Below, piece after piece: positions 21,518-31,469 of a DNA stretch of 64,000 nt. Where the stretch lies: positions 96,001 through 160,000 of the forward strand of contig CAXXNO010000012.1 in assembly GCA_963663235.2 (NCBI GenBank), in the 5' to 3' direction. A program made the translations under genes and the position numbers. The DNA is from Dehalococcoidia bacterium. Lineage in GTDB: Bacteria; Chloroflexota; Dehalococcoidia; Bin125. Within the stretch, counting starts at the first letter, position 1; every line of letters begins with the position of its first letter. The notes below the pieces were generated by a model, which was not told the DNA's origin, ran no database searches, and saw nothing but the letters and a program-made list of their open reading frames with translations.

Positions 21518-23341
21518 CTACTCCTGATCCGGCAGCGGCTTTGCCGCCAGGGGCCGGGCGGCCAGGCCCAACTCGGCGAGCTGCTCCGGCGGCACCGGCG
21601 CGGGCGCGCCCACGAGCAGATCGGTGGCCGCCTGGGTCTTGGGGAAAGCGATCACCTCGCGAATGTTATGTGCGCCGGCGAGGAGCATGGCGATGCGATC
21701 CAGCCCGAGCGCGATGCCGCCGTGCGGCGGTGCGCCGTACTCGAAGGCGGTGAGCATGTGCCCGAAGCGCGCCATTGCATCTTCCGGTCCGATGCCCAGG
21801 AGGCGGAAGACCCGCTCTTGGAGCTCTCGCTCGTGTATACGGATGGATCCGGAGGCCAGTTCTAAGCCGTTGGCAACAATATCGTAGGCGCGGGCGCGGA
21901 CCCGACCGGGATCACTCTCGATATGGGGGAGGTCGGCCTCAGCGGAGGCGGTAAAGGGATGGTGCAGCGCGTCCCAGCGCTGCTCCTTCTCCTTCCACTC
22001 GAGCAAGGGGAAGTCCGTCACGAAGGCGACGTGCAGGTCCGCATCATCGGTGAGGCCGAGGCGCCGGGCGACCTCGCGGCGGATCCCGTCGAGAACGACG
22101 TTGACCACTTTGTCGGCGTCGGCGGCGAGGAGGACCATGTCCCCGGCGCCGACCCCACAACTCCGGCCGATCGCCCGCGCCGCGTCCTCGCCCAAATGGC
22201 GGAGGACGGGGGAGCGGAGATCCCCGCCCTCGGCGGTATCGGGGTCGGCGGCGAACTGAATCGAGACCAAGCCCTTGGCCCCGAACGTCTTCGCCAAGGC
22301 GATGTAGTCATCGACCTGGCGGCGCGAGAGGGCCGCGCCTCCCGGCACGGGCACCGCGCGGACGCGTCCTCCGCGGGCGATGGCATCGCGGAAAACGGCG
22401 AAGGGCGAGTCGGTGAGCAGGGAGGTGCAGTCGACGAGCTCGAGCCCGAAGCGCGTGTCGGGCTTGTCCGTGCCGTAGCGCTCCATGACGTCCTGATAGG
22501 TGAGGCGGGGGAAGGGCGATTGCAGCCGCAGGTCGGGCCGGAGCTCACGGAACAGATCCGTGAGCAATTCCTCCATCAGCGAGAGAACGTCCTCTTCCTC
22601 GCAGAAGGCCATCTCGACATCGAGCTGGGTGAACTCCGGTTGACGGTCGGCCCGGAGATCCTCATCGCGGAAGCAGCGCACGATCTGGAAGTAGCGCTCG
22701 ACGCCGGCCACCATCAGGAGCTGCTTGAACTGCTGCGGCGACTGAGGCAGCGCGTAGAAGCTCCCGGGATGGAGGCGGCTGGGGACGAGGTAGTCGCGGG
22801 CGCCCTCGGGCGTGGGGACCACCAGGTCCGGGGTCTCGACCTCGATGAAGTCGCGGTCCGACATGAAGCGCCGGATGAAGCGGTTCATGCGGTGGCGGAG
22901 GAGCAGATTGGCCTGCATCTCCGGGCGACGCAGATCGAGGTAGCGATGCTTTAGGCGAACCGCCTCAGCCACCTCGCTGGGCTCGTTGATGGGGAAGGGC
23001 GGGGTACGGGCAGGGTTGAGGATCTCGAGTCGGGTCGCCAGGACCTCAACCTCGCCTGTGGGGATCTTGGCGTTCACCGTCTCGGGGCTGCGTCGCACGA
23101 CGGTCCCTTCGACGCGCAGGACGTACTCGACGCGGACGGAGGCCGCGGCGGCGTGCGCCTGGGGGGCGCGATCCGGGTGGAGCACCACCTGCACGATGCC
23201 GGCGCTGTCCCGCAGGTCGATGAAGATGAGGCCGCCGTGGTCGCGCCGGCGATGAATCCAGCCGGCCAGGGTCACGACCGCGCCTTCATGGTCGGTGCGC
23301 AAGTCGCCGCAGGGGTGGCTCTTCAGCAACGGATCCTCCAA
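21518..23341 (-). CDS. aspS: Aspartate--tRNA ligase
   Basis: RRDHGGLIFIDLRD, TPEGARDYLVPSR, LPQSPQ, FRDEDLRADRQPEFTQ, GAPPHGG. Confidence 0.97.
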   Translation of the reverse strand: MEDPLLKSHPCGDLRTDHEGAVVTLAGWIHRRRDHGGLIFIDLRDSAGIVQVVLHPDRAPQAHAAAASVRVEYVLRVEGTVVRRSPETVNAKIPTGEVEVLATRLEILNPARTPPFPINEPSEVAEAVRLKHRYLDLRRPEMQANLLLRHRMNRFIRRFMSDRDFIEVETPDLVVPTPEGARDYLVPSRLHPGSFYALPQSPQQFKQLLMVAGVERYFQIVRCFRDEDLRADRQPEFTQLDVEMAFCEEEDVLSLMEELLTDLFRELRPDLRLQSPFPRLTYQDVMERYGTDKPDTRFGLELVDCTSLLTDSPFAVFRDAIARGGRVRAVPVPGGAALSRRQVDDYIALAKTFGAKGLVSIQFAADPDTAEGGDLRSPVLRHLGEDAARAIGRSCGVGAGDMVLLAADADKVVNVVLDGIRREVARRLGLTDDADLHVAFVTDFPLLEWKEKEQRWDALHHPFTASAEADLPHIESDPGRVRARAYDIVANGLELASGSIRIHERELQERVFRLLGIGPEDAMARFGHMLTAFEYGAPPHGGIALGLDRIAMLLAGAHNIREVIAFPKTQAATDLLVGAPAPVPPEQLAELGLAARPLAAKPLPDQE

Positions 23342-23483
23342 GACGAGTCAGGGACGTCCGGACCGACGGGCAGCGCAGATCGGGACCGAGTCTGGCACGG
23401 GGCCGAAATCGAATCAAACGGCGGCGGCGGAGGGGTTATCGTTCGCGCGAGGTGCGGCGGGGCGGGGTGGGGATGGAGGAGCC

Positions 23484-24620
23484 ATGGGAATTGCGGCGGC
23501 GCTAGGCGCGGCGGTGGTCTGGGCGGTGGCCAGCACGTTCATGGCCTCGCAGACGGCGCGCGTGGACACGCTGTCGCTGAGCTTCATCCGTGCGGTGTGG
23601 GCGGGCGGCTTCTTCGTCGTAGCGCTGTTCGCCTTGGGAGGCGTGGACGATCTGATGAGCATGAGCTTCCACAATATGTGGCAGCTCTCACTGGCCGGGT
23701 TCGTGGCGTCGGGGGTGGGGGAGACGCTGTTCACGGCGTCGGTTGCGCTGATTGGGATGGCGCGGCCGTTGACCATCCTGCTGGGCGGGAACGTGCTCCT
23801 CGCCTTCGTGCTGTCGGCGATCTTCCTGGGGGAGACGGCCACGTGGGAGGTGGGGATTGGGGCGGCGCTGGTGGTGGCGGGCGTGTATCTGGTGGCGCTG
23901 CACGGCCGGCCCAGCGACGAGGAGGCGCGCATCGTCCGAGCACGCGCGGCGCGGGCGGCGGGTTCGGCGCCGGCAAGGGTGGACGAGCCGGCCGATCAAG
24001 GCGCCGGCGACTCCGAACTGCGGCTGCCGATGGCGGCGGTAGGCGCCGGTCCCAGCCGCGGAGAGCGAACGACGCTCGAGCCGGGGGCGGCCTCCGCGAG
24101 CGCGGCGCCAGCGGTGTTCCTTGGCTCGGCCCGGCTTGGGGACCGAGTGGGGCGGATCGAGATCTCGCATTGGCGGCGCCGGCTCAGCGAGCACCGGCAG
24201 ATGGCGGGCGTGGTGGTGGCTCTCTTGGCCGCGCTCAGCTTCGCCTCCGCGACCGTGTGGCTGAGGGCGGCGTCCGTCGACGTGGACGCCACGGCGGGGG
24301 TGATCGTGCGGATGCCGGTGATTCTGCCGGTGTTCGGGATCGCAGCGCTGGTGTGGCCCCGGTCTAGCCTGCGACGCCTGGACTTCGGACTGCGAAGCAT
24401 GAGCGCGATGGCGCTGTTCGGCGTGCTGGGGACCGGGGCCAGCGCCGTGCTGATTCTCATCGCGATCCAGGAGATCGGTGCGGGGCAGGCCGTGGCGGTC
24501 TATTCCATCTCGCCGCTCATCGGGCTGCCGCTGGCCGTAGTTTTCCTGCGCGAGCGGCTCACACGCTGGGCCGGGATTGGCACCGTCGTCGCGGTCGTGG
24601 GGATCGTGCTGATCACCTGA
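23484..24620 (+). CDS. DMT/EamA family transporter, paralog 1, with long central linker
   Basis: Two 5-TM halves ending FLGE and FLRER; ATG at 23484 after GGAGG. Confidence 0.85.
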   Translation: MGIAAALGAAVVWAVASTFMASQTARVDTLSLSFIRAVWAGGFFVVALFALGGVDDLMSMSFHNMWQLSLAGFVASGVGETLFTASVALIGMARPLTILLGGNVLLAFVLSAIFLGETATWEVGIGAALVVAGVYLVALHGRPSDEEARIVRARAARAAGSAPARVDEPADQGAGDSELRLPMAAVGAGPSRGERTTLEPGAASASAAPAVFLGSARLGDRVGRIEISHWRRRLSEHRQMAGVVVALLAALSFASATVWLRAASVDVDATAGVIVRMPVILPVFGIAALVWPRSSLRRLDFGLRSMSAMALFGVLGTGASAVLILIAIQEIGAGQAVAVYSISPLIGLPLAVVFLRERLTRWAGIGTVVAVVGIVLIT

Positions 24621-24713
24621 GCGGCACGGGAAGCGCGGCCGGAGCCAGCGAGTAGGATGGTGCGATGCGTCCGCCAGCGACACTCGTGCCCCATCTGATC
24701 AGAGCCCGATAGC

Positions 24714-25886
24714 GTGGGCGTTCTCGCTGCCCTGGCCACCGCTCTCGGTTGGGCGGTCTCGGGCACGCTGATCGCCAGCAAATCCGGCCGCGTCGATTTC
24801 CTGTCGCTTGCGGGCGTGCGCATGTTTTTTGCGGGGCTGTTCGTGACGGCGGCGCTGTTCGCTCTGGGCGGTCAGGGCGGTCTGCTGCGCATGGACTTGA
24901 ACGACTTCGTGCAGCTGATCGGAAACGGGTTCCTATCGATCCTGATCGGCGAGCCACTCTACGTCCTCGCCATCGCGTTGTTGGGGCTGACGCGGGCGTT
25001 TACGAGTTTCATCGGCCTGTACAGCCTGGCGGCTCTCATCCTGCCGGCGCTCATCCTGGGCGAGCCGGTGAGTGAGAAAACGGCCGTCGGCGCGGTGATG
25101 ATCGTGGTGGGGGTATACACGGTGGCGGTGTACGGACGGGCAGGTGGAGCGACCCCCGCTCGCGCCGATCTTCATCCCGACCCCGCCGCGCGAGACGCCG
25201 GGGCCGCGGCGCTGCTCCCAGGATCGGCGCCGGCGTGGTCAGTGGGGGGCCTGCACTCAGCGCCTGCGTTGTTCCTAGGCTCAACCCGCGCGCGCGGAGG
25301 CGGAGCGGCATCCCCGGCGCTGTTCCTGGGCACCGACCGCTCGAATGCAGGCCGAACGGCAGCCCAGCGGCCACCGATTGCGGGTGGAAGCGAGGCGGAC
25401 GCGGCGAGCGGGCCGGCGCCGGCGACGGTGCGGCTGCCGATCATCGGCCGGCCGGCCTCCCGCCTGCTCGTCGGGACGCTGCTGGCAATGACGGCCGCAC
25501 TGTGCCTGGCCGGGAGCGCGACGTGGCTGAAGAGCGCGGCGGCGGACTTCGAGGCGTCCACCGTGGCAGTGCTGATCCTGTGTCCGGCGGCGCTGATCCT
25601 GGCGACCGGAGCGATTGTGCGGCCCGGCAGCGCGCTGCGCCGCGGGGCCGTATCGGTGGGAAGCGTGAGCGTGATCGGGCTCTCCGGAGTGATCTCGATC
25701 GGAATCGGCAGCATCTTCATGGTGTTCGCGCTCCAGGAGATCGGCCCGGGGCCCGCGTCCGTGATCTTCGCGACGTCGGCGATCTTCGCGCTGCCACTGG
25801 GGGCGATCGTCTTGCACGAACGGGTGACGGTGTGGGGAGCGCTGGGCGCCGCGCTGGCGGTGGGAGGGATTGCGTTACTGGCGTGA
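24714..25886 (+). CDS. DMT/EamA family transporter, paralog 2
   Basis: Same architecture (ILGEPV, LHERVT) with a long linker. Confidence 0.85.
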   Translation: MGVLAALATALGWAVSGTLIASKSGRVDFLSLAGVRMFFAGLFVTAALFALGGQGGLLRMDLNDFVQLIGNGFLSILIGEPLYVLAIALLGLTRAFTSFIGLYSLAALILPALILGEPVSEKTAVGAVMIVVGVYTVAVYGRAGGATPARADLHPDPAARDAGAAALLPGSAPAWSVGGLHSAPALFLGSTRARGGGAASPALFLGTDRSNAGRTAAQRPPIAGGSEADAASGPAPATVRLPIIGRPASRLLVGTLLAMTAALCLAGSATWLKSAAADFEASTVAVLILCPAALILATGAIVRPGSALRRGAVSVGSVSVIGLSGVISIGIGSIFMVFALQEIGPGPASVIFATSAIFALPLGAIVLHERVTVWGALGAALAVGGIALLA

Positions 25887-25944
25887 CTGAGGCGAGCGGT
25901 TTTCCGTTGGGCGATCGGCGCAGCGCAGAGCGAGCCGTCTGAGG

Positions 25945-27087
25945 ATGGGCGTCCTCGCAGCCCTCGGCGTGGCACTGGCCTGGGCGATCGCCGCGGCGGT
26001 GATCAGCCACCACGTGAAGCGGATCGACCCGGTCTCCATCGCGGCGCTGCGGATGGTGTTCGCCGCGCTGTTCTCGGTCGCGGCACTCTACGCGCTGAAC
26101 TCGCAGGGCGATCTGGCAAGCATGTCGTTCAACAACATGTGGCAGTTGGCCGCCGCCGGCATGCTGGCCATCGTGATCGGGGACCCGCTCTACGTGGTCG
26201 CCACCAAAATACTTGGGCTGATGCGGGCGTTCACGACCATCATCGGGCTGTTCAGCCTGCTGGCGTTTGTGCTGCCGGCTGTGTTGTTGGGCGACCCGGT
26301 GACCGTGACGGACGGTGCGGGAGCGGTGCTGATCATCGCGGGGGTGTACGTGGTCGCCCTGTACGGGCGGCCGCGGGCGGATGCGGTCGCTGGAGAGACC
26401 GGCGAGACGCGAACGCTCGGCGCTCGACAACCTCACGAGGCGTGGGCGGTAACCCCGGCCCTTTTCCTCGGTTCCGTGCGACCGGCGGGCGGCGGCCGGG
26501 CGATGCCGTCGGTGTTTCTGGGCGCAAGCCGCTCGGCGCCGCCGCCGTCGCGCGGGCCGGAGGAAGGAGAGCGGCGACCGATCGCGGGGGGGAGCAACGC
26601 GCAGGCGACGGAGGGGCGGGCGATGCTCCGGATTCCGGGGATCGGGCTGAGCCTGCCCCGGGTGATGGTGGGGATCGCGATCGCGCTGACGACGGCGCTG
26701 GCGTGGGCCGGCGATACGACGTGGCTGCGGAGCGCGTCGGAAGGGCACGAGGCAGCGTCGGTGGCGATGCTGCACATCCCGCCGGGCGCGATCCTGTTGT
26801 CGCTGTACGTGACGGCGCGACCCACCTCGGCGATCCGGCGCCGGACGCTCACGCTTCGAGCCGTGGTGGTCATTGGGATGACCGGCGTCTTCTCAACGGG
26901 CGTGGGAACGCTGTTGTTCGTGTTCGCGGTCCAAGACATCGGCGGGGGGCCAGCGTCGGTGTTGTTCGCGACGGCGCCGCTGTTCGCGCTGCCGATCGCG
27001 GTGCTGGTGCTGCGGGAGCGGATCACGGTGTGGGCCGTGGTGGGGACGGTGATCGCGGTGGGCGGGATCGTGCTGCTGGCATCGTGA
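25945..27087 (+). CDS. DMT/EamA family transporter, paralog 3
   Basis: Same architecture (LLGDPV, LRERIT) with a long linker. Confidence 0.85.
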   Translation: MGVLAALGVALAWAIAAAVISHHVKRIDPVSIAALRMVFAALFSVAALYALNSQGDLASMSFNNMWQLAAAGMLAIVIGDPLYVVATKILGLMRAFTTIIGLFSLLAFVLPAVLLGDPVTVTDGAGAVLIIAGVYVVALYGRPRADAVAGETGETRTLGARQPHEAWAVTPALFLGSVRPAGGGRAMPSVFLGASRSAPPPSRGPEEGERRPIAGGSNAQATEGRAMLRIPGIGLSLPRVMVGIAIALTTALAWAGDTTWLRSASEGHEAASVAMLHIPPGAILLSLYVTARPTSAIRRRTLTLRAVVVIGMTGVFSTGVGTLLFVFAVQDIGGGPASVLFATAPLFALPIAVLVLRERITVWAVVGTVIAVGGIVLLAS

Positions 27088-27233
27088 CGGCGAGCCGTCC
27101 GCCGCGCGGGCCGATGCGGTAGCCTATCCCGCCCAAGGCGTGGGCCGGTCCTTGGCCGGGTCATGGACCTCGCCTTGATCGAGCCGTCGGTGGAGCGGAG
27201 CCAATCGCGTCACAGCGATCGGAGGGCCAGAGC

Positions 27234-28427
27234 ATGGCGCTGGAGAAAGTCTGTCACCAGTCGGAGAGGCACCGCTGGTACGACCGGCTGCCGGCATCGC
27301 CGGCGGTCCAGGTCGGTGAGCTGCTATTCATCGGCGGGCAGGTAGCGCTCGATGGCGACGGCCGCCCGGTTGCGCCAGGCGACGTGCGCGCGCAGGCGAA
27401 ATACGCGTTCGAGCGGATGCGCGAGCTGGTACAGGCGGCCGGGGGCGGCATGGACGACGTGGTGGACATCATCTCGCTGCACAAGGACGCGCGGGAGATG
27501 GACACGGTGTTCGAAGTGGCGCGGGAGTTCTTCACGTCGGACTATCCGGCCTGGACGGCGGTGGCGAGCACGGGGTTCCAGGAGCCGGAGCTGCTGGTGA
27601 GCATCCGGGCGATCGCGCACCTGGGGGCGGGGAAGAAGGAGTGCTTCACGCCGGAGACGATCCGCTGGGTGCGGCGCTTCCCGATGTCCGGCGGGTGCAA
27701 GAAGGGCGACCTGCTGTTCGTCTCCGGCCAGATGGGGGCCGACGCGGACGGCTACATCACGCGGCCGGGTGACCACGGAGCGCAGGCGCAGTACGCCTTC
27801 CGGCGCATCCAGGAGATCGTGGAGATGGCGGGCGGCAGCATGGACGACGTCATCGACCTGATCGGGTTCAACCGTGACCCGCGGGGGATGGACGCGGCGG
27901 TCGACGTGTGGCTGCAAGAGGTCGTGGCGGACGTGGCGCGGGAGAACGCGCCCACCGTCACGACCATCGGGACGCCGGGGCTCTACCGGCTGGGGCTCCT
28001 GGGCGCGTATCGGGCGATCGCGGACTTCAGCCCGGGCCCGCGAGTGGCGCACTGCCCGCCGAGCATCTGGTGGCACGCGCTGCCGATCGCGGGCGGGGCG
28101 AAAAAAGAGGGCGGGCGCTTGATCACCATCGCGGGCGAGGTCGCGTCCGACGGGGACGGCAACATCATCACGCCGGGCAACACCGCCCGGCAAGCGCGCT
28201 ACGCGCTGGCGCGGATCCAAGAGGTGCTGGAACGCTTCGGCGCGTCGATGGAGAACGTTGTAGAGGTCAGCTCCTTCCACAAGGACCCGCGGGCGTGGCC
28301 GATCGTGATGGAGGTGGCGGAGGAGTTCTTCGGCACGGAAGCCGGGCCAGCCTGGACCGTGGCGGGGACGACGGGTCTTTACAAGGAAGGCTACCTGCAC
28401 GAGATCTACGCGGCCGCGATGGTCTGA
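27234..28427 (+). CDS. Protein with three tandem RidA/YjgF-fold domains
   Basis: Three ~130-aa repeats: LLFIGGQ/LLFVSGQ/LITIAGE, PG...AQA.YA..R, GGGMDDVV/GGSMDDVI/GASMENVV, PAWT/PTVT/PAWT. Confidence 0.85.
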   Translation: MALEKVCHQSERHRWYDRLPASPAVQVGELLFIGGQVALDGDGRPVAPGDVRAQAKYAFERMRELVQAAGGGMDDVVDIISLHKDAREMDTVFEVAREFFTSDYPAWTAVASTGFQEPELLVSIRAIAHLGAGKKECFTPETIRWVRRFPMSGGCKKGDLLFVSGQMGADADGYITRPGDHGAQAQYAFRRIQEIVEMAGGSMDDVIDLIGFNRDPRGMDAAVDVWLQEVVADVARENAPTVTTIGTPGLYRLGLLGAYRAIADFSPGPRVAHCPPSIWWHALPIAGGAKKEGGRLITIAGEVASDGDGNIITPGNTARQARYALARIQEVLERFGASMENVVEVSSFHKDPRAWPIVMEVAEEFFGTEAGPAWTVAGTTGLYKEGYLHEIYAAAMV

Positions 28428-28604
28428 CCGGCGGCGCCGGAGTCTTGGGCAGGCCCTGGACAGGGGTGTCGAAACTTGACCGGCAGGCGCATAATGCGCC
28501 GGAGAGAAGCCGCCCGCCCCGGAGTGGAGGTGGGCAGTGACGACGTTCCACCGATGCAAGCGGCGATCCCGTAGGCGGCGCGGGCAGGCGAAGGGACTGA
28601 GACC

Positions 28605-30008
28605 ATGCTGGAAGTCGGAATGTTCCACAACGGCGCAACGGACCTCCCAGCCGTGGCGTCGAAGCCGGACGGGGTCCCGGTCCCCGACGCCAGTCTGGAA
28701 GAGGTGCACGAGAGCTATCAGCGCATCACCGCGCGGCAGGTCCGGCAGGCGATCCTGGCCGAGCAGCTGGGCTTCAACTACGTCTTCTTCACCGAACACC
28801 ACTTCCAGCCGGAAGGGGCGGAGTTCAGCCCCAATCCGTTGATCACGCTGGCCGCCATCGCCTCACGGACGAACCGCATCCGGCTGGGGCAGATGGCCAA
28901 CATCCTGCCCTGGTGGCACCCGATCCGCCTCGCCGAGCAAGCGGCCACGCTGGACGTGATCAGCGGCGGCCGGCTGGAGTTCGGCATCGGGCGGGGGTAC
29001 CAGCCGCGGGAGGCGGAGGTCTTCGGCAAGCCCTACGGGTCCACGGTGCAGGACCAAGAGCGGAACCGGCGCTACTTCGAGGAGGCGCTGGAGCTGATCC
29101 TGAAGTGCTGGACGCAGCCCTCGTTCTCTCACCAGGGCGAGTTCTTCACCATTCCGCCCAGCTACACGCGCTGGCACCATTGGGGGACCATCGGCTACTT
29201 CAACCAGCCCAAGGCCGGGCGGAGTGTGGACCAGGTGCTCAACATCGCGCCGGCGGACATGTACTCGATGATGTCGGCGCAGCCGCTCTACGCCACAACG
29301 ACGACGCTGAAGGAGATCAGCGTCTTCCCGCAGCCGTTGCAGAAGCCGTACCCGCAGATGTGGGAGCCGTCGAACAGCGAGCGCTCAGTGCGATATTCGG
29401 CGCGCCATGGCATCAACGCGTTCACCGTGCCGGATTCGAACGAACGGGTGAAGGCGAACGTCGAGACGTACTACGACGAGTCCGAGAAGGAAGGCTGGCC
29501 GGATCGGCTCAACCGCGGGCAGTGGAAGTACGGCTGGGACGCGGAGAAGAAGCGAGGCTACGGCTGCTGCCGCTGGGTGCACATCGTGCCGCCGGGCCCG
29601 GGGGCGAAGGCGGCGATCGAGCGGTTCAAGCGGTCGCTGGAGTTCCAGTGGAACTACTACAGCCCGTTCGGGATCGCGGCGCTGCTGGCGGACCCGGGCG
29701 AGGAGCCGCCCGACGCGTACAAGCTGATCCCGGCCGATCTGGTGATTGAGAAGGGGCTGGCGTTCGTCGGCACGGCGGACGAAGTGGTCGACAAGATCAT
29801 GAACGTCAAAGAGGTCGTGGGATACGACGACTTCATGTTCACGGCGTGGTTCGAGGGCACCAGCTACACCCAGGAAGAGATCGAAGAGCAGATGCATCGG
29901 TTCGCGGCCGACGTGCTGCCGTCGCTGGCGAAGGCCTGCGGCGGACTGGTGGAGAACCCGGCAGTGAACGTCGACCTGCTGCCGATGGAGGCGCAGCCGG
30001 TTTCCTAG
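28605..30008 (+). CDS. LLM class flavin-dependent oxidoreductase (luciferase-like monooxygenase)
   Basis: AEQLGF, TEHHF, HPIRLAEQAATLDVISGGRLEFGIGRGY, PQPLQKP. Confidence 0.92.
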   Translation: MLEVGMFHNGATDLPAVASKPDGVPVPDASLEEVHESYQRITARQVRQAILAEQLGFNYVFFTEHHFQPEGAEFSPNPLITLAAIASRTNRIRLGQMANILPWWHPIRLAEQAATLDVISGGRLEFGIGRGYQPREAEVFGKPYGSTVQDQERNRRYFEEALELILKCWTQPSFSHQGEFFTIPPSYTRWHHWGTIGYFNQPKAGRSVDQVLNIAPADMYSMMSAQPLYATTTTLKEISVFPQPLQKPYPQMWEPSNSERSVRYSARHGINAFTVPDSNERVKANVETYYDESEKEGWPDRLNRGQWKYGWDAEKKRGYGCCRWVHIVPPGPGAKAAIERFKRSLEFQWNYYSPFGIAALLADPGEEPPDAYKLIPADLVIEKGLAFVGTADEVVDKIMNVKEVVGYDDFMFTAWFEGTSYTQEEIEEQMHRFAADVLPSLAKACGGLVENPAVNVDLLPMEAQPVS

Positions 30009-30116
30009 AGCACCCACGCGCCGCAAGCGGCGACGTGGAGCGGGGGACGGGGCGCGGGGGGTTGGCCCGCGCGCCCGCGCGTTAAGGCGGAGTGGGGCGG
30101 GCGGTAGACTACGGGC

Positions 30117-31349
30117 GTGGTGTCGTCGCGCCCGATCAGCCTGTATCTACACGTGCCGTTCTGCACGGTGCGCTGCTCGTACTGCGACTTCAACACCTAC
30201 GCGAACCTGGAGGCGCTGATCCCGGCGTGGGAGACGGCGCTGCTTTCGGAGTTGCGGCTGTGGGCTCCGCTCGTGGCGGGCCGGCTCGTGCCGACAGTGT
30301 TCATCGGCGGGGGGACGCCGAGCCTGCTGGAGGGCGAGGCCATCGGTCGGATCCTGGACATCGTGCGCGAACGCTACGCACTCAACGCGGACGCGGAGAT
30401 CACGCTGGAAGCGAACCCGGAGAGCGTCAGCGTGGAGCGGCTGCGGGCGTACCGGGCGGCGGGGGTGAACCGGCTGTCGATCGGGGTGCAGTCGCTGGAC
30501 GAAGGGGAGCTGCACTTCCTAGACCGGCTGCACGACGGGGAAGGAGCGCGGCGGGCGGTGGCGGCGGCGCGCGCCGCCGGGTTCGACAACGTGAACGTGG
30601 ACCTGATCTTTGGGCTGCCGGGGCAACCGTCGAGCGGCTGGGAGCGGACGCTGGAAGGCGCGATCGCGATGGAGCCGGATCACGTGTCGTGCTACGCGCT
30701 GACGGTGGAGGAGGGGACGCCGCTGGCGGCGCGGGTGGCGTCGGGGTCGGTGGCGGAGGCGGACCCGGACGTGGCGGCGGAGATGGGGGAAGCGACCGAG
30801 CAGCGGCTGTCGGCGGCGGGGTACGCGCAGTACGAGATCAGCAACTACGCGCGGCCGGGGAAGGCGTGCCGGCACAACCTAGTCTACTGGCGGCACGACG
30901 AGTACCTGGGGCTGGGGCCGGGCGCGCACGGGTTCGTCGATGGCGTGCGGTACGCGGTGGAGCGAAGCCCTGGGCGGTACATCGGGGTGCTGCGCGATGG
31001 TTCCGTCGCACTTCGACAGGCTGGGCTCGTCCCCCGTTCGCCCTTCGACAGGCTCAGGATGAACGGGGGACAATTGCCGAGCCCGGCGGTGGTGTCGCGG
31101 GAGGAGGTCGATGAGGAGACGGCGGCGCTGGACACGCTGACGCTGGGGCTGCGGCTGAACGAGGGGGTGGTGGCGGCGGAGTTCGCACGGCGGTACCCGA
31201 CGGCGTGGGAGCGGTACCGGCCGGCCGTGGAGTGGTCGAAGGGTGTGGGGTTGGCGGAGGAGGTGGATGGGCGGCTGCGGTTGACGTCGAGGGGGCGGCG
31301 GCTGTCGAACGAGGTGTTCGTGCGGCTGCTGGAGCCGTCGTTGGTGTGA
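30117..31349 (+). CDS. hemW: Radical SAM heme chaperone HemW
   Basis: LYLHVPFCTVRCSYCDF, GGGTPS, YEISNY, HNLVYW; contains an in-frame repeat-derived segment. Confidence 0.92.
   Translation: MVSSRPISLYLHVPFCTVRCSYCDFNTYANLEALIPAWETALLSELRLWAPLVAGRLVPTVFIGGGTPSLLEGEAIGRILDIVRERYALNADAEITLEANPESVSVERLRAYRAAGVNRLSIGVQSLDEGELHFLDRLHDGEGARRAVAAARAAGFDNVNVDLIFGLPGQPSSGWERTLEGAIAMEPDHVSCYALTVEEGTPLAARVASGSVAEADPDVAAEMGEATEQRLSAAGYAQYEISNYARPGKACRHNLVYWRHDEYLGLGPGAHGFVDGVRYAVERSPGRYIGVLRDGSVALRQAGLVPRSPFDRLRMNGGQLPSPAVVSREEVDEETAALDTLTLGLRLNEGVVAAEFARRYPTAWERYRPAVEWSKGVGLAEEVDGRLRLTSRGRRLSNEVFVRLLEPSLV
31003..31070. repeat. Palindromic repeat copies inside the hemW coding sequence
   Basis: TCCCCCGTTCG-CCCTTCGACAGGCTCAGGA-TGAACGGGGGA at 31030-31070 plus partial CTTCGACAGGCT at 31011-31022. 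Confidence 0.85.
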
Positions 31350-31469
31350 GGGGGACGGGGGGGTCAGGAGGCGCCGGTGGTCGTGCTGGAGCGGGTGGGG
31401 GAGGGGAGCTAGTGGGATGACGGAACAAACCGCGCCAGCACGAGAGCGGCTTGGCCAAAGAGGCCGGCA

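Noticed and set aside
28078-28100. PIAGG peptide in RidA domain 3 matching the EamA linker motif
   Set aside because: It aligns with the structural PMSGG/PASPA positions of the other Rid domains; likely coincidence.
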